From the NCBI GenBank assembly GCA_031378895.1, contig JANNEP010000011.1, positions 6,685-70,684 on the forward strand: DNA of 64,000 nt, given 5' to 3'. The notes beneath the pieces were generated by a model that had not been told where the DNA came from, ran no database searches, and worked only from the letters and a program-made list of their open reading frames with translations. The position numbers and the translations under genes are program-made. The stretch comes from Hyphomicrobium sp. Lineage in GTDB: Bacteria; Pseudomonadota; Alphaproteobacteria; Rhizobiales; Hyphomicrobiaceae. This document shows positions 47,567-56,619 of this stretch, piece by piece; position 1 is the stretch's first letter; every line of letters starts with the position of its first letter.

Positions 47567-50500
47567 TCACGAGGCGTCAAGGCTTGCGGGGTCAAGATCC
47601 CATAGCCGCGCGATATAGCCGTTGATGACGGCCGCCGGGATTTCCATAAGTCGCGGCCCGTCAGTCCACAGCAGTGCCGGCCTGATCTGCCGCCCGGGAT
47701 AAATTTCGCGCAGCGCCAGAACGTAAGCCGCGAGCTGAAATAGGTAGGCGGGTGCAACGCCCGGCACATCCGCGGGCGGGGGGCGGTTGGTCTTGTAGTC
47801 GACGATGAAGACATCCACGTCCGTCACCGCCAGACGGTCGATTTGACCCGACAGCTTCAACGCCGGGCCCTTGCCGGAAGGCCGGGGAATAAGCGCTGAA
47901 ATAGGAACCTCAGCGCGACTCGCCACCCCGAACAGGGCCGCGAAGCCAGGCTGGCTCAGAACAGCGAGGGTTTCGCGCACAATACTGGCGCGGGTCTTTT
48001 CTGAAAGCACAGCGCCGCGCCGTGCCACGTACGTGTCAGCCGCTGCTTTGCGGTTGAGTTCGGGAATGGCGGGAAGGTGTTCGAGCAGCGCGTGTGTCAG
48101 CGTCCCGCGCAGGAACCGGTGCTCGCTTGCGAGCCTAAGTGGCGATGGCCGGTCTGCCACCTGTGCGGAAACGGATGCCGGTGCAACAAGGGGCTCGCCC
48201 TCGGCGTCCGGGGCGTAGGGTTCAAGCCGCGACGGCGCCAGGGGAACCGAGAGTTGCGGCTCACCTGCTGCCCGGCGCAGAGCAAAAGCCGGCAAGGGTT
48301 CGGCGGCGTTTGCGGTTGCGATGTCTGATCTTGGCGTTTCGGGCTCGGCCTGTTGCAGGGTCTCGACGCGCCAGCCCGTGAAGCCGGCGTCATCCGGCCT
48401 CACCTTCAATCCCTCGCACATCAGATCGTACCAGCATCCAGGTGCGCGGCCTTTCTTGCCTTCAAAACCGGCGATGTAGAGGCGGTCGCGGGCGCGCGTC
48501 ATGGCGACATAGAGCAGGCGATGGCGCTCTTCGCCGTCGCGCACATCTTTGGCGCTGACAGCCGCGCGCACGGGAGCGAGGCCCGATGTCCCTTTCACCG
48601 GCCAGACGATGGGGTCGGGCACGCCTGCGGGACGCGCCGCGTCTTTGAGGCTCAGCAGCCGTGTGGCGGCGCTATCGCCCGACGCCGTCGTGCAGGTATC
48701 AGGAAGGAACACGATACCAGCCTCAAGCCCCTTGGCGCCATGCACTGTCATGACGCGAACTTCGTCGCGGCCGTGATCCATGTCGCGTTTCACGTCGCGC
48801 TTTGCGTCCCGCAGGTTGGCGAGGAACCCGGTTAGCGACGGTGGTGCGCCGTCGTCATAGGTCAGCGCCAGATCGAGAAATTCGTCGATGGCGTCGGCGG
48901 CTTCCGGACCAAGACGATGCAGCATTTTGGTCCGCCCGCCGTCGCGATCGAGAAGGCTCGAAAAAAACTCGAAGGGAGGTATGTAATCAGCCTTGGCGCG
49001 CCATCGCTTCAAGGCTTCCGCTGCCGGCTTGTATTTGGCCGTGTCATCGGCGTGGGCGAGGAAAGCCTTCCAAAGCGCGCCTTTGCGTCCAACAGCGATT
49101 GCCAGCAGATCATCGTCGGTCAAATTGAAAAGCGGGCCTTTGAGCACCGCCGCGAGCGCTAGGTCATCCTCCGGCAACGTTACGAAATCGCCAAGCGCGA
49201 GCAGGTCTTGCACCGCGATCTGGTCCGTCAACGCCATGCGGTCGGCCCCCGCGACGGGGATGCCGCGGGCTTTCAGCGCCGCCACCATCGGCACGGCAAA
49301 TGGGTTGCGCTTGCGTACGAGGATCAGAATATCTCCGGCCCGAATAGGGCGATTTTCGGAAGCTAGAATGTCTCCACGTTGAAGCCACGTCGCAATCGTG
49401 CCGGCGATGCGCTCGGCCAGGCGATTGGCGGGCGCGCGCCCGGCGCTATCCATGAGCGGCTGCCACGGACTGGTGCTGTCGGACGCGACCGCTTTTTCCG
49501 GCGGCCAGACTTCGAGTGTTCCCGAGTGTCCGAAGCGGCTGGCGATGTGCTGGATCACCCCAGTTGACGCTCTCAGACCCGGTGTCTTCACCGCATCCCG
49601 AAACACATCATCGACAGCATCGAGTACGGGTTGCACGCTCCGAAACGACAAATTGAGCGGCACGCGCCGCCAGGGCACACCTGCGTTTTCCGTCAACTGA
49701 GAAAAGCGCAGGCCCATTTTTTCAAACATTTCGGGTGCCGCACCCTGAAACGAATAGATCGACTGCTTTTCGTCACCGACTGCGAAGATGGTGCGCGCAG
49801 TATCCCGTGCGCCGTGTCCGGCAAAGAATTCCCGCCCCAAAGCTTCGATGATCGCCCATTGAGAGGGGCTGGTATCCTGCGCCTCATCGACGAGGATGTG
49901 GTCAAGGCCGCCATCCAGTTTGAACAGCACCCAATCGGCGGTCCCGGAGGTCGAGAGCAGCGTTGTTGTGCGCTCGATCAGATCGTCGAAATCAAGTGCC
50001 CCCGCGGCCATTTTAGAATTTTTGTAGCGCTGCAGAACAGCTCCGGCGAGCTGATACAGCGCCATTGAAGCTTCGACGAGCGTCAGCGCCTTCAGCTCAT
50101 TGGACAGCGTGAAAAACGTATCCTGGGCCCGCTGGACGGTATTCAGCAAATCCGGACGGGCTTCGCCGAGAGCCTTGCTCATCAGGCTACCGCGCGGCTT
50201 CTCGTCTTTATCGCCACGATTAACGAGGACGTATTCTGCAAGCCGTGCGGCACGCGCGGCATGATCTCTCTGACCAAGCGCTGCAGCGATGAGCTTTGCA
50301 TACTCGGCGTCGGTCTTGCCGCCGCTGCCCAAGTGGGCGGCGAGGGCCGTCAATTCATCATCCGCCAGCACCGTGGCGCGATCCGCTTCAAGTTCGGCAA
50401 TCGAAATAATTGGCCGCGCGCCAAAATGCTGGCGCAGAACAGCCTCCGCGCCGGCAAAATCATCATCGCTCGCGCCGAGATCTATGCGGCTCGCGGCCTC

Positions 50501-51145
50501 GAGCCAGGCGCGCTCCTGGATCGCCTTCGACAACAAATCATCGAAATTGGAATCCGACGCATAGCGGATCGTTCGGTCTAACGCGTTGCCCAGCGGCGAT
50601 CCAGGAGCGCCCGTCGCCTCTTCGAGCGTCGCCTCGATGGCCCGGGCTTTAAGCTCGCGGCCCTTGTCATCGTCAAGAATTTTAAATCCCGGCGGCACGC
50701 CCGCTTCGAGCGGAAACCGCTGCAGCAGCCGCTCGGAGAAGGCGTGGATCGTCTGCACTTTGAGCCCGCCCGGCGTCTCGATCGCCCGCGTAAAGAGCGT
50801 GCGGGCGAAGGCTGCCTCAGCCGTGCTTGGCTGACGTTCCATGACCTCCGCCAGCTTCGCGATGAGGCTGGCTTCCGGCTCTGTCACCCATTCACCGAGT
50901 TTATCGAACACGCGTTTCGACATCTCGGCGGCGGCAGCCTTGGTGTATGTCAGGCAGAGAATACGTTGCGGCGGCGTGCCCGCGAGCAGCAACCGCAAGA
51001 CCCGCAGCGTCAGCACGTGGGTCTTGCCAGTGCCGGCGTTGGCGTTGACCCAAACCGAGGCCGTGGGATCGGCGGCGCTGGCCTGCGCCTGCCGGGTCTT
51101 GACCCGCACGGCCTCGATGCCGCGGGGGCTCAACGGTGCTGTCAT
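47567..51145 (-). CDS. addA: Double-strand break repair helicase-nuclease AddA
   Basis: ANAGTGKT, LVDEAQD, VGDEKQSIY, MTVHGAKGLE, YVAMTRAR, GQIDRL...VDYKT. Confidence 0.97.
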   Translation of the reverse strand: MTAPLSPRGIEAVRVKTRQAQASAADPTASVWVNANAGTGKTHVLTLRVLRLLLAGTPPQRILCLTYTKAAAAEMSKRVFDKLGEWVTEPEASLIAKLAEVMERQPSTAEAAFARTLFTRAIETPGGLKVQTIHAFSERLLQRFPLEAGVPPGFKILDDDKGRELKARAIEATLEEATGAPGSPLGNALDRTIRYASDSNFDDLLSKAIQERAWLEAASRIDLGASDDDFAGAEAVLRQHFGARPIISIAELEADRATVLADDELTALAAHLGSGGKTDAEYAKLIAAALGQRDHAARAARLAEYVLVNRGDKDEKPRGSLMSKALGEARPDLLNTVQRAQDTFFTLSNELKALTLVEASMALYQLAGAVLQRYKNSKMAAGALDFDDLIERTTTLLSTSGTADWVLFKLDGGLDHILVDEAQDTSPSQWAIIEALGREFFAGHGARDTARTIFAVGDEKQSIYSFQGAAPEMFEKMGLRFSQLTENAGVPWRRVPLNLSFRSVQPVLDAVDDVFRDAVKTPGLRASTGVIQHIASRFGHSGTLEVWPPEKAVASDSTSPWQPLMDSAGRAPANRLAERIAGTIATWLQRGDILASENRPIRAGDILILVRKRNPFAVPMVAALKARGIPVAGADRMALTDQIAVQDLLALGDFVTLPEDDLALAAVLKGPLFNLTDDDLLAIAVGRKGALWKAFLAHADDTAKYKPAAEALKRWRAKADYIPPFEFFSSLLDRDGGRTKMLHRLGPEAADAIDEFLDLALTYDDGAPPSLTGFLANLRDAKRDVKRDMDHGRDEVRVMTVHGAKGLEAGIVFLPDTCTTASGDSAATRLLSLKDAARPAGVPDPIVWPVKGTSGLAPVRAAVSAKDVRDGEERHRLLYVAMTRARDRLYIAGFEGKKGRAPGCWYDLMCEGLKVRPDDAGFTGWRVETLQQAEPETPRSDIATANAAEPLPAFALRRAAGEPQLSVPLAPSRLEPYAPDAEGEPLVAPASVSAQVADRPSPLRLASEHRFLRGTLTHALLEHLPAIPELNRKAAADTYVARRGAVLSEKTRASIVRETLAVLSQPGFAALFGVASRAEVPISALIPRPSGKGPALKLSGQIDRLAVTDVDVFIVDYKTNRPPPADVPGVAPAYLFQLAAYVLALREIYPGRQIRPALLWTDGPRLMEIPAAVINGYIARLWDLDPASLDAS

Positions 51146-54100
51146 GATCCGCCCTCGTCGTCAGCATAGGCCGACCATTCCGCGACCCGCGCCAGATGCG
51201 CATAGTCGTCGTAGTCATAGCGATAACCCGGCCGCCGGATGGCGCGGTACGGCGTCGACGGGTCGTCGAAGGCGGCAATGAGGCTTTCGAGTCCCAGCCG
51301 CGCATCCGTCGCCAGCGCCGCGATATCGCCAGCTTTGATGCGCCGTTCTTCGCCTGGAGGTTCGCCGCCTGAAGCACGAATGTAGCGCAGCGCGGCGACG
51401 TGCCGGCCTAGCACGCCAGGAAATCCGCTCGCTCCAACCGCAATCGCGGCTTCGAGGGGCAACTGCGGCGAGCGGCCATTCTGCACTGCTGTATCGCTGG
51501 GGATGATGCCAGTTTTGTAGTCGGTGATGACAAGACCCGCGAGCGTATCGTCGATCCTGTCAGCGCGCGCGGTGAGCGTGAAGGGTCCTCCTGGAGCATC
51601 AAGCACGAGGCTGCCGGAAGTTTCGGCGATCACCATGCTGACGCCATCGCGCCGCGCCGTTTCGCTGGCCGCAAACCAGGTCAAAAACCGCGCCAGCCGC
51701 GGCATCCAGAACGCGGCGACTCGCGGATGCCCGGTGTAACTCTCGAGTACGTCTGCCGCGATTGCGTCGAGGTCGCGTTTTGGCTCGTCTGGTAATCGAT
51801 CGGGATGCGCCATCGCAAAACGTGACAAGACTTCATGCACCAGTGCGCCACGCAAGCTTTGGTCCGGCGCGAGCCCAAGTGCGGGCAGCGGCTCGAGTTT
51901 CAGAATGTGCCGCGCAAACACCACGTAGGGATTGGTGATCCAGTCCTCGACGCGTGTTACGCTCATGCGGCGCGGACGCAGTGCCACCGGCGGGCGCGGC
52001 TCGGGAGCGGCGATCCGGATGCGCTTAGTCTCGACAATAGCATCGCGGGCACGGGCCCAGGCCAGCCACGGTTGCTCAGGACTGAGCGCATCGCCGAGCT
52101 TGAGTCCGTTGAGCAGCGCGTCGAGACGCATCAGCCAGCGCGATGGCACCGACGGCACGCCCTTGTTTTTTTGGGCGCGCGTCAGGTAGACGCGTTCGGC
52201 TCCGAGCAGCGAGATAAAGTCGTGCGCGGCGCGGCCGATATCCTCTTCGGGAGCGGGAAGCCCAAGAGCTTGCCGCATCGGCCGGTTGAGCCATGCGCCG
52301 GGCTCTGCGGCTTCGGGCCATGTGCCTTCGTTGAGTGAGCCAAGGATCATCACGTCGGCCTGCTGCAAGCGGGCTTCGAATGGCCCCCAGATGGAGACGC
52401 GGGGATGGACCGGGGTTCGCTCGCGTACATTTTCGCGCGCCAGCAGGCTGCGGGTGAGATCGGCATACTCGGACGATTGAATCGCGAGCGGCGGCATGGA
52501 GGGGTCGAGAATTCCCGTGAAGAAAGCACTTGCGGCGTCTCCGGCCTCGCCTTGCCACAGCGGATTTGTGACACTTTCAGAGGCCCCGTCCTCCGGCGCA
52601 GGGAGTGCTGCGAGCGCCTCAGCGGTCGCAATGTGGGCTTTGGCAAAATCTCTGAGCGGATGCGTGCGCCGATCGCCATAGAGTTTGTCGTCATAGAGTT
52701 GTGTCAGCGGCACGAACGCCAGCGTCAGGCGGGCCACGAGATCGCGGGCACCTTGGCGGTCTTCGTCCCACAGCCGCGCCGCCGCCGGATGCAGGCGTTT
52801 CTTTTCGGCTAAATCGCGCGCCGATTTTTCAAGTGCTGCAGCAACGCCGTCCAAGCCTTTGCCGAGATAGGGCGCGCGGAAGGCGGCGATCTCGAGCGCC
52901 CGGCCGAAGCGTCGGACGTCGAAGGCTTTGAGCCCCAAGCGGCAAAGAGGATGCTTCAACAGTGCCATCACCTGCGCTGGAGCAAATTGGTGGACGGCGG
53001 CGTCGGCGACGAGTGTTAGAAATGTCCCTGGAACCGTCTTTGCAAACGGCCGTCCGGCGCTGTCATCGACGCGGATGCCCCAGGCTTCGAGGCGAATGGC
53101 GACGCGGCGGGCGAGCAGGCGATCGGGCGAGACGAGGGCCGCGGTGCGACCTGGCGTTTCGACCGCCTCGCGCAGAATGAGCGAAATAGCCTCGGCCTCG
53201 TCCTGGGCGTTCGGCGCTTCGATCAGCGACACGCCCGTGAGCCCGCGCCGGACTGACGCGGCGTCCGCGTCCCTGGCATAATCATGCCAGCGCGCGGTCG
53301 TGGCGGACGGACGCATGGCCTCGGCCATGAAAGCATTGCGTGCGTCACGGGTCCCGTCGGGCGCGATGCCCGGTAATAGGGCCACGTCGTGGCGGCTCAC
53401 ACCGAGACGATCGAGCAGCGTCTTCAATCCGAATTGCGGATGCTCAGGGTGATCGGGAACGATTTTCTGCCAGCTGTCCTCGTCCAGTGTCTGGTCGAGC
53501 GCGGGCAGAACAATGGCGCCGCCGGGGTGCGCCATGACCGCACGCATCAGTGTCACCGTTGCCGGAATAGACCCTGTGATACCGGCGACGATGACCGGCG
53601 CGCCGGGTGGCGCTGTGGCAATGCGGGCGGCTTCGGCCAGAATGACCTGGTTGCGGCGGCCGACGGGCGAGGTCAAGCCGCGGTCCTGCAAGTGTGCAGG
53701 CCAGAAGTCGGTCACGATTTTCAAAAAATCGACCGTCTTTTGCCAATGCGCCGTGTAAGCGTCCGGTACGAGATCCTTGAGACCAGTCAGCGCGACGTTC
53801 TCGCGTTCGATCTCGTCCATGAGGGCCGCGAGGTCAGCTGCAAGATTGGCAGCCTGGGCCGGCGTATTGTTGCCGTGGGGCTCGGCGTCGGGATGGCTCT
53901 TCGCCATGGCTTCGCGCCAATGCAGCACCAGTTGCATCAGTGTCAGCGTGCGCTCAAGCGGCGTCACGGAGGGCGGTAGATCGAGCGCACCTGTTCCCGG
54001 CGCCCCCACATCGGCGAGACCTGATAGCAGCCTAAGATCCTCTTCGCCCTCCGAGATCGGCCGGATGCGTGGCATCAGCAGGGCCTTCGCTCCTGATGCC

Positions 54101-54285
54101 GCCAGAAACGCATCCTGTGCCGCCCGCGCCGCCCGCCGCGTCGGCAGCAGCAGCGTGATGTCGGGAAGCTCAAGCGGGTCGGGCCGCGGGCCACCAGGGC
54201 TTGGCAAATCGCCGCTCAGTATGGCGCGTGCGAGCGCACGCAGAAACGGCACGCCCGGTGGCACCGTGTAAATGCGCGGCATCAT
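51142..54285 (-). CDS. addB: Double-strand break repair protein AddB
   Basis: LLPTRRAAR, WGPFEARL, ARADRID...DYKTG...PQLPLEA; overlaps addA start. Confidence 0.96.
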   Translation of the reverse strand: MMPRIYTVPPGVPFLRALARAILSGDLPSPGGPRPDPLELPDITLLLPTRRAARAAQDAFLAASGAKALLMPRIRPISEGEEDLRLLSGLADVGAPGTGALDLPPSVTPLERTLTLMQLVLHWREAMAKSHPDAEPHGNNTPAQAANLAADLAALMDEIERENVALTGLKDLVPDAYTAHWQKTVDFLKIVTDFWPAHLQDRGLTSPVGRRNQVILAEAARIATAPPGAPVIVAGITGSIPATVTLMRAVMAHPGGAIVLPALDQTLDEDSWQKIVPDHPEHPQFGLKTLLDRLGVSRHDVALLPGIAPDGTRDARNAFMAEAMRPSATTARWHDYARDADAASVRRGLTGVSLIEAPNAQDEAEAISLILREAVETPGRTAALVSPDRLLARRVAIRLEAWGIRVDDSAGRPFAKTVPGTFLTLVADAAVHQFAPAQVMALLKHPLCRLGLKAFDVRRFGRALEIAAFRAPYLGKGLDGVAAALEKSARDLAEKKRLHPAAARLWDEDRQGARDLVARLTLAFVPLTQLYDDKLYGDRRTHPLRDFAKAHIATAEALAALPAPEDGASESVTNPLWQGEAGDAASAFFTGILDPSMPPLAIQSSEYADLTRSLLARENVRERTPVHPRVSIWGPFEARLQQADVMILGSLNEGTWPEAAEPGAWLNRPMRQALGLPAPEEDIGRAAHDFISLLGAERVYLTRAQKNKGVPSVPSRWLMRLDALLNGLKLGDALSPEQPWLAWARARDAIVETKRIRIAAPEPRPPVALRPRRMSVTRVEDWITNPYVVFARHILKLEPLPALGLAPDQSLRGALVHEVLSRFAMAHPDRLPDEPKRDLDAIAADVLESYTGHPRVAAFWMPRLARFLTWFAASETARRDGVSMVIAETSGSLVLDAPGGPFTLTARADRIDDTLAGLVITDYKTGIIPSDTAVQNGRSPQLPLEAAIAVGASGFPGVLGRHVAALRYIRASGGEPPGEERRIKAGDIAALATDARLGLESLIAAFDDPSTPYRAIRRPGYRYDYDDYAHLARVAEWSAYADDEGGS

Positions 54286-55040
54286 AAGCGCGAGCCCTGC
54301 GGGTGTATCGTCGTGGCACGCGCACCGGCGATGGCTGTCTCGGCATCCGCCAGCGCCTCCGGCGTGCCGACGTGCATCCAAAGCCCGTCGAGCACAATGC
54401 CGTAGAGACGCCGCGCAGCAATCCCGCGGTCCCACACCCTGTTGAGGGAGAAGGTCCTCTCTGGTTCTCCGTTGAACATGCAGGGATGAATGATCGACAC
54501 GCCAGCAAACACGTACGGGACTGCCTGCTGCCCGCTCCGGCGCGCCAGTCGGCCGTCCGGTCCAAGCGTGAAATCGCCGAGACCGTCATAGCCCAGGCTC
54601 GACGCCGCTGGCGCCAGCAGCATCAGGCTGTCCATGCGCACCGGATCAAAGGCGGCGATCAGCCGGTCGAGATTGGCACCTAAGCCTTCGATCCACACGC
54701 TGTCGGAATTGTGAATGATGAATGGCGCGGTGCCGAGCAATGGCACTGCGCGGACAATGCCGCCACCGGTATCGAGCAGCGCGCCCCGCTCATCTGAAAT
54801 CAAGATTTCTGGAACTGTTCGCCCCTTGAGATGAGCTTCAATTTTGTCAGCCAGGTAATGCACGTTGACAACGGCACGCGAAATTCCCGCCGCCGCCAAG
54901 CGGTCGAGCACATGATCAATCAATGGCCGCCCCGCCAAGGGCACCAGCGGCTTTGGCAGCGTATCCGTCAACGGCCGCATGCGGCTGCCGATACCGGCGG
55001 CAAGCACAAACGCGGTCGTCGGCCTTTGTCGTGTCGTCAT
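54282..55040 (-). CDS. murU: Nucleotidyltransferase (MurU-like)
   Basis: LAAGIGSRMRPLT...PKPL, LDTGGG, WMHVGTP; adjacent to AmgK-like kinase. Confidence 0.85.
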   Translation of the reverse strand: MTTRQRPTTAFVLAAGIGSRMRPLTDTLPKPLVPLAGRPLIDHVLDRLAAAGISRAVVNVHYLADKIEAHLKGRTVPEILISDERGALLDTGGGIVRAVPLLGTAPFIIHNSDSVWIEGLGANLDRLIAAFDPVRMDSLMLLAPAASSLGYDGLGDFTLGPDGRLARRSGQQAVPYVFAGVSIIHPCMFNGEPERTFSLNRVWDRGIAARRLYGIVLDGLWMHVGTPEALADAETAIAGARATTIHPQGSRL

Positions 55041-55063
55041 GCTCGCAAAGCCCTATACACCCC

Positions 55064-56611
55064 TCACACGCGCAACGTCCGCCGCCGCACGTCCGGCGGC
55101 AGGTGCCGGTCATACCACGCGGCAAGCTCGGCGAGGTCCGGATGGCTGAGGCTGCGGCCGAGATACCCCCAGATCCTTGGAATGTGAGCGAGGTATTGGC
55201 GTTTGCCGTCGCGCTTTGCAAGCCGGGCAAAAATGCCCAGAATCTTGGTGTTGCGCTGGGCCCCGAGCGCGGCGTAGGTGAAACGGAACTGGGCTTCGTC
55301 AAAGCTGGGCTCATCGACTTGGACACGCGTGATGTAGTGCTCGAGCAGCGACAGTTCGAGGTCCCCAGAAACATCAATACGCGCATCCTGCAGCAGCGAC
55401 ACGAGGTCGTAAGCCTCGGGCCCTATCAGCGCGTCTTGAAAATCGATGATGCCAGCGTCGCGAGGGCCGGGCCGGTCATCGAGTGCGATCAAGTTCGGCG
55501 AATGGTAATCGCGCAACATCCATCCCTTCGGGCCAGCGAGAACGCGATTGGCCACACGTGTCCACGCGGAGATAAACGCCTGCCGTGTCTCAGTTGTCAT
55601 GGGACCGCCGGACACGGCGGGCCAATACCAATCGGCGAGCAGCTCGGCCTCGATCAGGACCGCGCTTAAATCGAGCGACGGCAGATGGTATGTCGTGCCG
55701 TCGGGGAGCGGCAAAGCGTTTGGGGGCCGCGCGTGGCGCAGAGCGATCAGCGTTTCCGTTGCACGCGACCAAAGTGCTTTTTGCGTCCTGCCCTTCGCGA
55801 CCTCGGCGCCAAAGACGGCATCGCCAAAGTCCTCAATGAGCAACAGTCCGCGTTCGAGATCGTGGGCCAAGATCTTTGGCGTTGAGAAGCCCGCGGCATC
55901 CAATGCACCGCCAATCGCAACGAACGCACGGACATCCTCGGCGAGGTGGGCGATGCGGCTGTAAGGGTATCCATTGCGGATCGGCGGGCCGTCGGGCTGG
56001 CGAGCCGAATCCATCAGGATGGCACGTGCACCATTCTCATTGCACAGCCGGGCGTAGCGCCGGGTGGACGCGTCGCCCTGCAAATACGACAGCTGCGTGC
56101 CGCTGCCGCCCCAGCCCGCGCCGTCAAGGAAGGACCGGATTTCACCCAGGCGTTCGACACGGCGGCTGAGCGATCCCGAGCCGGAAAGCACAACGGCGCG
56201 CTGGTCCTCGCGCCCGCATTCGTTCAATGCAAGCGTCAGCCGTTCAGCCGGGATGAGTTCGCCGCCGCGCGACGGCCATTCGATCACGGCGATACCGCGT
56301 TTGAGCGCCGCGTCCAGGCCGAGTTCTTCGAGATCATCGGGACTGTTGAGACGATAGAGATCAAAATGTGCAACTTCAAAACGCTCAGCCGCGTACGCTT
56401 GCACGAGCGTGAATGTGGGGCTTGGCACCTCCAGGCCCGCATCGCCCGTGAGCGCACGAACAAGGGCGCGGGCAAACGTCGTCTTGCCGGCGCCAAGGTC
56501 ACCCTCGAGCGCCAGCGTATCGCCGGCCGCAAGCATAAACGCCACCTCCTGCGCGAGGCGCGCGAGGTGTGGTTCGGAAAGGCCGGGGATCGTCAGGGAA
56601 GAAGACATCAC
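55064..56611 (-). CDS. tsaE: TsaE ATPase fused to AmgK-like anomeric sugar kinase
   Basis: GDLGAGKTT, VPSPTF, HFDLYRL; then GDASTRRY, RDYHSPNL, IDFQDA. Confidence 0.9.
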   Translation of the reverse strand: MMSSSLTIPGLSEPHLARLAQEVAFMLAAGDTLALEGDLGAGKTTFARALVRALTGDAGLEVPSPTFTLVQAYAAERFEVAHFDLYRLNSPDDLEELGLDAALKRGIAVIEWPSRGGELIPAERLTLALNECGREDQRAVVLSGSGSLSRRVERLGEIRSFLDGAGWGGSGTQLSYLQGDASTRRYARLCNENGARAILMDSARQPDGPPIRNGYPYSRIAHLAEDVRAFVAIGGALDAAGFSTPKILAHDLERGLLLIEDFGDAVFGAEVAKGRTQKALWSRATETLIALRHARPPNALPLPDGTTYHLPSLDLSAVLIEAELLADWYWPAVSGGPMTTETRQAFISAWTRVANRVLAGPKGWMLRDYHSPNLIALDDRPGPRDAGIIDFQDALIGPEAYDLVSLLQDARIDVSGDLELSLLEHYITRVQVDEPSFDEAQFRFTYAALGAQRNTKILGIFARLAKRDGKRQYLAHIPRIWGYLGRSLSHPDLAELAAWYDRHLPPDVRRRTLRV

Positions 56612-56619
56612 ATACGAGT

